Assembly (NCBI GenBank): GCA_965215195.1
Contig: CBDCDC010000001.1
Coordinates: 1,024,001 to 1,088,000 of the forward strand
Length of the DNA: 64,000 nucleotides
Reading direction: 5' to 3'
From: Candidatus Latescibacterota bacterium
Lineage (GTDB): Bacteria; Latescibacterota; UBA2968; UBA8231
The notes below the pieces were generated by a model. The model did not search any database, was not told the DNA's origin, and worked only from the letters and a program-made list of their open reading frames with translations. Each line of letters begins with the position of its first letter. Position 1 is the stretch's first letter. Shown piece by piece: positions 57,384 through 64,000 of this stretch. Position numbers and translations under genes: made by a program.

Positions 57384-58457
57384 CTAGCGAAAAAGCGTCC
57401 CTTCGAGTGCCTCTGCATAGGTTTGCGGTCGTCCGGAGTGGTCGCCGCCGAGCCAGCGGTAGGCCCTCGGATAGAGCGCGAGCGAGCGGTCGGCGAGTGG
57501 CAGGTTGAGCGGCACGCTGCCCCACGCGGCCGAGAACTTGGCGGCGATGGCCACTTCGAGCGATTGGCGCAGGTCGTGGCCGGAGATGTACAGCTCGCCG
57601 CCGTTTTCCACGACATCCAAAAATGACAGCACTGAAGTGCCCATGTAGGAGAAGCGGGGGTATGCGAGCGGGGTATAGGGGCGGTCGATCTTTAGGCGGG
57701 CACCCTGTGCGTCGCGGCCCGCGAAAATCTCGGGCGGCCCCCAGTCCCAGCGCACGAGCGCGTCGTCGGTCCACACTTCTACGCCGCGACTGGGCGTGGG
57801 TTGGCCAAAGACCGGGCAGACGAGGCCGTTGCTGAGCAAAAATTGCCCGTTGATGATTAGCCCCTCGTCGTCGTCGCGTGCGAGGGCTTCCGGCGGTGTA
57901 CCCCACGCGATGACTTGGGTCACCTCGGCTTGGGCCAAGAGCCGCAACACGGCAATGTGCTGGCAGCCCCCGCCGGAAATCTCGCCGCCCCAGCCGTGGA
58001 CGCTGGCCCCGCGCAATGGGCCGTACTCGCCGGTGCGCAGCCAGCCGGCCGCTTCTTGCACCTCGCCCATGGCCCGTTGCAGGTTGCCGCCGGCAAAGAC
58101 CACGCCGCGCCTTTCGCATTCCTCGATCATGGCATCGACATCCGACAGGCGGGCCTCAATGGGCTTATCGGTGGAGACGCCCTTGACGCCAGCTTGAGCG
58201 GCGGCGATGACGGCCTCTTTGATGTACTTGCCGGGCAGCACGACGACCGCGATGTCCGGGACGACGTGCCGGAAGAGGTCTTGCGCGTCCTCGTAGAGTG
58301 CGCGGATGCCAAAGCGCTCGCCGACGGCTTGGCGGCGCTCGGGGTTGTATTCGGCGATGGCGACTAGCTCGGTGTTGGGCAGGGTTTGATAGACCTCGGC
58401 GTAGTGCTGGCCGAGGCGGCCGCAGCCGATGATGGCGACCGCGTATTGCTCATTCAT
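57384..58457 (-). CDS. Gfo/Idh/MocA family oxidoreductase
   Basis: AIIGCGRLG, ELVAIAE, TDKP. Confidence 0.88.
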   Translation of the reverse strand: MNEQYAVAIIGCGRLGQHYAEVYQTLPNTELVAIAEYNPERRQAVGERFGIRALYEDAQDLFRHVVPDIAVVVLPGKYIKEAVIAAAQAGVKGVSTDKPIEARLSDVDAMIEECERRGVVFAGGNLQRAMGEVQEAAGWLRTGEYGPLRGASVHGWGGEISGGGCQHIAVLRLLAQAEVTQVIAWGTPPEALARDDDEGLIINGQFLLSNGLVCPVFGQPTPSRGVEVWTDDALVRWDWGPPEIFAGRDAQGARLKIDRPYTPLAYPRFSYMGTSVLSFLDVVENGGELYISGHDLRQSLEVAIAAKFSAAWGSVPLNLPLADRSLALYPRAYRWLGGDHSGRPQTYAEALEGTLFR

Positions 58458-58469
58458 GGAGGAGCTCCT

Positions 58470-60146
58470 TTAGGTTGGCGCACCCGCGCGGTAGGTTGCT
58501 GCGACCCAAGCGGCACTTTGCGCGACAGGCGCTAGATACACCGCGGCAATGGTGCCTTGGAAGCGGGCGCTGCCTCCGGCGATATGGCCGATGGTCACGG
58601 GAATATCCGTCTGTTGCAATGGATGGCCACAGGCCGGGCGCGAGGCCGCGAGCGTGCCGTCGATGTAGAGCTGGATACGCGCCCCGTCGTACACCCCGGC
58701 GAGGTGATGGACGCCGGGCGCGAGGGTTTGGTGAGCGGCAATGCTGACTGCGCCGCCGGTGGTGTTGACGATGAAGCTGGGGCCGGGCACGGCCGCGCAC
58801 AGCCCGCCATTGTGGCCCAAGTCGCCGTAGCGCAGGGAGAACGCGCCGTCGGCCCCGAGGGTGTCGTAGCGGAGGACGCGGCCGTGGGCGCGGCCGCCGT
58901 CGCGGTCGCCGCGCCAGGGAGCAGCGTAGAAATAGCGGCCATCAAACGCGCCGGCGTTGTACGCGGTTGTGTGCAGGCCGTCGGTATAGCTGGCGTCGTG
59001 CGCGTCCCAAGCGGCTGGGTCGTCAAACGGCGCGGCCGGGTCGTAGCGCAGATAGGAGCCGTGGAAGACGCTCTCTGCGGGCGCAGCAGCGCGGGTGAAG
59101 GGCACGTAGTATATGTAGCGTCCGTCGAAGAAGCCGCCGTCAAAGCCGCTGTTGTACCCAAGAACGTGGGTGTCCCAGCTTTGCGGGTCGTCAAACGGAG
59201 CGGCCGTGTCGTAGCGCAGCATTGTGCTGTTGCCGTAAGAGCAAAAGTAGATGTGCCGCCCGTCGAACACGGCACCGACGTTCATCTGCATCCCCAAGGG
59301 ACGGGCGTCGTAAATGTCCCAGCTTTGCGGATCGGCGAAATCCCTGGCGACCGCATAGCGGAGGACGTGGCCGCTGCTGAGCGGCGCAAAGTAGATATGG
59401 CGTCCGTCAAACGCGGCACCGTCGAAACAGGCGGCCTCCGGGCAGAGTTGTTGGGCGTTGAAGACGGCATAGCTCGCGGGATCCTTCAGGGGCGCACAGG
59501 TGTCGTAGCGGAGGATGTGGCCACTCGGTTCGTCGTCCAAACCGCTGGTCGCCGAGCGGGTGTAACCCGGGCAGAAGTAGAGGTAGCGGCCGTCAAAGGC
59601 GAGGCCCTGTCCCGAATGGGGGAACTGGGCGTCGTGGGCGGCCCAAGCGGCTGGGTCTTTGAAGTCGGCTTGGGTGTCGTAGCGCAAGAGGCGCGAGTGG
59701 TGAGCGGTGCCGTCGTCGCGCGGGTTGAAGTACGCGTAGCGGCCGTCAAAAGCGCCGCCGTAGAAACCCGCGGTGTGCAGGCCATCGGTGTGGCTGGCGT
59801 CGTGGGCGTCCCAAGCGGCTGGGTCTTTGAAGTCGGCTTGGGTGTCGAGGCGGAGGACGCGGCCATGCACCGAAGTGCGCTCCTGCTGGTCGCGGATGGG
59901 GCAGAAGTAGAGGTAGCGGCCATCGAATACCGCGCCGAAGTAGCCTTGGGTCACCAAGCCGTCGGTGTGGCCAGCGTCATAGGCGGAGAAGGCGTCGAAG
60001 GCGGCGCGGGGCTGCCACTGCGAGACGAGCGCCTGCATGGCTTCGGCGCGGGCGGTGGGGCTTTCGACCCAAGCGGCGACCGTCAGGGCCTTGTCGAGCG
60101 CGAAGGGGGCGTTGGAGCGGATGCGGTATTCGGGGGCTTCGGACAT
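58470..60146 (-). CDS. LamG-like domain split by seven FDGRYxY propeller repeats
   Basis: LTVAAWV...LVSQW at the N-terminus; HLAGVYDG..IQLYIDG...FQGTI at the C-terminus; 7x FDGR(Y/H)xY. Confidence 0.7.
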   Translation of the reverse strand: MSEAPEYRIRSNAPFALDKALTVAAWVESPTARAEAMQALVSQWQPRAAFDAFSAYDAGHTDGLVTQGYFGAVFDGRYLYFCPIRDQQERTSVHGRVLRLDTQADFKDPAAWDAHDASHTDGLHTAGFYGGAFDGRYAYFNPRDDGTAHHSRLLRYDTQADFKDPAAWAAHDAQFPHSGQGLAFDGRYLYFCPGYTRSATSGLDDEPSGHILRYDTCAPLKDPASYAVFNAQQLCPEAACFDGAAFDGRHIYFAPLSSGHVLRYAVARDFADPQSWDIYDARPLGMQMNVGAVFDGRHIYFCSYGNSTMLRYDTAAPFDDPQSWDTHVLGYNSGFDGGFFDGRYIYYVPFTRAAAPAESVFHGSYLRYDPAAPFDDPAAWDAHDASYTDGLHTTAYNAGAFDGRYFYAAPWRGDRDGGRAHGRVLRYDTLGADGAFSLRYGDLGHNGGLCAAVPGPSFIVNTTGGAVSIAAHQTLAPGVHHLAGVYDGARIQLYIDGTLAASRPACGHPLQQTDIPVTIGHIAGGSARFQGTIAAVYLAPVAQSAAWVAATYRAGAPT

Positions 60147-60160
60147 GGCGTTGGAGCGGC

Positions 60161-61246
60161 CTAAGGGAAAATGTGGCGTTCGACTAAGTAGCGCTCGACG
60201 CCGTCGCGGTCGAGAGTGTAGCCCAAACCCGGTCGGTCGGAGACTAGGAAGCTGCCGTCTGCGAGGACGAATTCCTCGTTGACTAAGGAGTGCTCCCAGG
60301 CGATGGGGCCGACCATGTCGTAGGGCTGGGTCAAATGGGGCATGCAGGCGGCCACGTGCAGGCCCATAGCCGCGCCCGGGCCGTAAGCTACGGTCTGCGA
60401 CCAGCCGCCTAGGCCCAGCGCGTGCGCCAAGTGCGAGCGATGCAGGGTTTCAAAGTGGCTGGCCCCGCCGACAATGGCGTAGTCGAGGGCCTCGGCCTCG
60501 AAGCGGCGCAGCAGGTCGGCTGCGTCGCAGACGTGGTCGCCAATGGGCAGGGAGATGGTGTGGCGCAGGCGACGCCATTCGGAAAACGTGCCGGCGCGTG
60601 CGCCTTTGGCAATGGGGCTTTCGAGCGAGTCTAGGCGGTGGCCCTGTAGGCGGCGAGCCAGTTCTTGAGCCACCCACACTTCCTCCAGACGCCAGCGGAT
60701 ATCCGGGCGCACCACCATGTCGGGGACCACGCGGTGAATGGCCTCCACCCGGTCGGTGATGTAGCGGATGCGCTCCTCGGGGGTTTTCTCCCGGCTGGTG
60801 ATGCACTTCATCTTATAAGCGCGGAAGCCCTGCTCCCATCCCCATTGGGCGTCCACGGCCGTGTGTTCGGGCGTTTTGTACCCGGTGCATTGGGTGACCG
60901 GAATGCGGTCGCGCAACCGCCCACCCAATAGTTGCCATATAGGTACGCCCAAGGCTTGGCCGCGCAAGTCGAGCACGGCCTGTTCAAATGCGCCCTGCAT
61001 GGGGCCGTTGCCTTGAGCCAAGTTGACTTGGAGGACGTCCTGCCCCAGCCAAGTCTCGACCTGCTGGCGCATGGTGGCGGTAAAACGCCCGATCAGGGTC
61101 AGGCCGGTCAAGCCCTGATCGGTCTCGACTTCGGCGACGCCGTGCTCGCTGCGCTGGTGCAAGGGCTGGCCGTACACATCGTCTGACCACCACCAGCGGC
61201 GCTCGGGCACGTTGACGATGTGGAGGGTGATGCGGGTGATTTTCAC
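60161..61246 (-). CDS. Enolase superfamily (mandelate racemase/muconate lactonizing) enzyme
   Basis: GTG start with GAGGAG RBS; EQAVLDLRGQALGVPIWQLLGG, KMK, RPD, LESP, PGLG. Confidence 0.88.
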   Translation of the reverse strand: MKITRITLHIVNVPERRWWWSDDVYGQPLHQRSEHGVAEVETDQGLTGLTLIGRFTATMRQQVETWLGQDVLQVNLAQGNGPMQGAFEQAVLDLRGQALGVPIWQLLGGRLRDRIPVTQCTGYKTPEHTAVDAQWGWEQGFRAYKMKCITSREKTPEERIRYITDRVEAIHRVVPDMVVRPDIRWRLEEVWVAQELARRLQGHRLDSLESPIAKGARAGTFSEWRRLRHTISLPIGDHVCDAADLLRRFEAEALDYAIVGGASHFETLHRSHLAHALGLGGWSQTVAYGPGAAMGLHVAACMPHLTQPYDMVGPIAWEHSLVNEEFVLADGSFLVSDRPGLGYTLDRDGVERYLVERHIFP

Positions 61247-61431
61247 GGGCGTCTCCTCGGGCGATTGCTTCTGTGAAAGTCGGAGGGAAGGTACGGTTCC
61301 TTGATTTCGCACGCAAAAAAGCGATGATGGAGCGGGGGGATTGAAGCAATAGCAAAAACGGAGAATTTTATGGGACCGACAGAGGGTAAGGCCGGCCACG
61401 GCCAGCGCAGCCGCGCGACGCCAGCAGAGCG

Positions 61432-62292
61432 TCAAAACCCGGCATCCACCACGCTCAAGGCCAACAATAGCGGCAGGTACAGAACCGAAGCCTTGAGCAG
61501 CCGCCGCGCACTGGCCACCGAGCGCGAGACACTAAGCGCGAGACCAGAGGCGAGAAACAGCGCACCCAACACCAGCGCCCCGACCAGATAGAACGGCCCG
61601 GTGAGACCCATAAACGAAGGCAGCACCGAAAAAATCAGCAGCAGCACCAAGTAGCCCACGACCTGCCAGCAGGTGCTGTTCCCATCCGGCTCAACCACGG
61701 GCAACATCTTGAAACCGCCGCGCCGATAGTCGTCGCGGAAGATCCAAGCAATGGCGTAGAAGTGCGGGTGCTGCCAAGCAAAGAGAATGAGAAAGAGGAC
61801 CACGGCCCCCGGGTCCAGCGCGCCGGTCGCCGCCGTCCAGCCCCCTACGGGCGGCAGGGCCCCCGGCACGGCCCCCAGCGAAGTGTTGAGCCAATTTTGC
61901 CGCTTCATCGGGGTGTACACCACCACGTAGAGAAACGCCGTGAGCAGTGCCAGAAACGCCGTGAGCAGCCCAGCGGTAAAAAGCAGGAAAAACACGCCGC
62001 CCAACACCAGCGCAAACCCCATCGACAGCGCGGTGGTCGGCTTGACGCGCCCGGTGGGCAAGGGCCGATTGCGCGTGCGCTTCATCAACCCATCGACGTC
62101 GCGCTCCAGATAGTGGTTGAGCACTGACGAGCCGCAGGTAGTCAGACCCGTGCCGACCAGCAAGCAGCAGAAAAGCAGGGGCGCGTGAATGCCTTGGCCG
62201 CCCCAGAAGAATCCCAAGGCGGCCGTAACCAGCACCAAAAAGGCAATTCGCGGTTTAGTCAGTTCCCAGTAGTCGCGCCAAGTAGCAGTCAT
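61432..62292 (-). CDS. cyoE: Heme o synthase (protoheme IX farnesyltransferase)
   Basis: LTKPRI, NHYLERDVD..MKRT..RPLP.G, YTPMKR, GA.PP..GW, WQHPHF. Confidence 0.95.
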   Translation of the reverse strand: MTATWRDYWELTKPRIAFLVLVTAALGFFWGGQGIHAPLLFCCLLVGTGLTTCGSSVLNHYLERDVDGLMKRTRNRPLPTGRVKPTTALSMGFALVLGGVFFLLFTAGLLTAFLALLTAFLYVVVYTPMKRQNWLNTSLGAVPGALPPVGGWTAATGALDPGAVVLFLILFAWQHPHFYAIAWIFRDDYRRGGFKMLPVVEPDGNSTCWQVVGYLVLLLIFSVLPSFMGLTGPFYLVGALVLGALFLASGLALSVSRSVASARRLLKASVLYLPLLLALSVVDAGF

Positions 62293-62361
62293 ATCTATCT
62301 CGTTCCGCGACAAAAATATAACGCTGGATCCATCGACGGACAATACGCGGACAGGTAGTGG

Positions 62362-64000
<1,639 letters not shown>

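Overview
GC-rich bacterial chromosome segment. The gene repertoire (FlgD/CHU_C-tailed secreted paralogues, ASPIC/UnbV lipoproteins, a 'TAVExxSWGxxK' C-terminus, sulfatase and PhyH catabolism) suggests a Latescibacterota/Gemmatimonadota-like organism; this is inference. The backbone carries five paralogous secreted discoidin + FlgD-Ig proteins, a putative outer-membrane partner, FG-GAP/CRTAC1 lipoproteins with GT-C glycosyltransferases, a sugar ABC transporter, an M16 protease, tRNA-Val(TAC), catabolic genes, cyoE and the 5' part of ligA. Several accessory inserts interrupt it. The most notable is a 6.65-kb integrase-free cassette flanked by a perfect 22-bp direct repeat, which splits the sugar ABC operon and encodes a ~1740-aa STAND-like ATPase plus a 423-aa apparently inactive-STAND partner (candidate defence/conflict system). 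Other inserts hold TA or defence modules (MNT-HEPN, HicB, zeta-like, VapBC, AAA_21+DUF3226) embedded in mosaics of short scraps of other defence genes. All family calls are by motif recognition; no database search was run.
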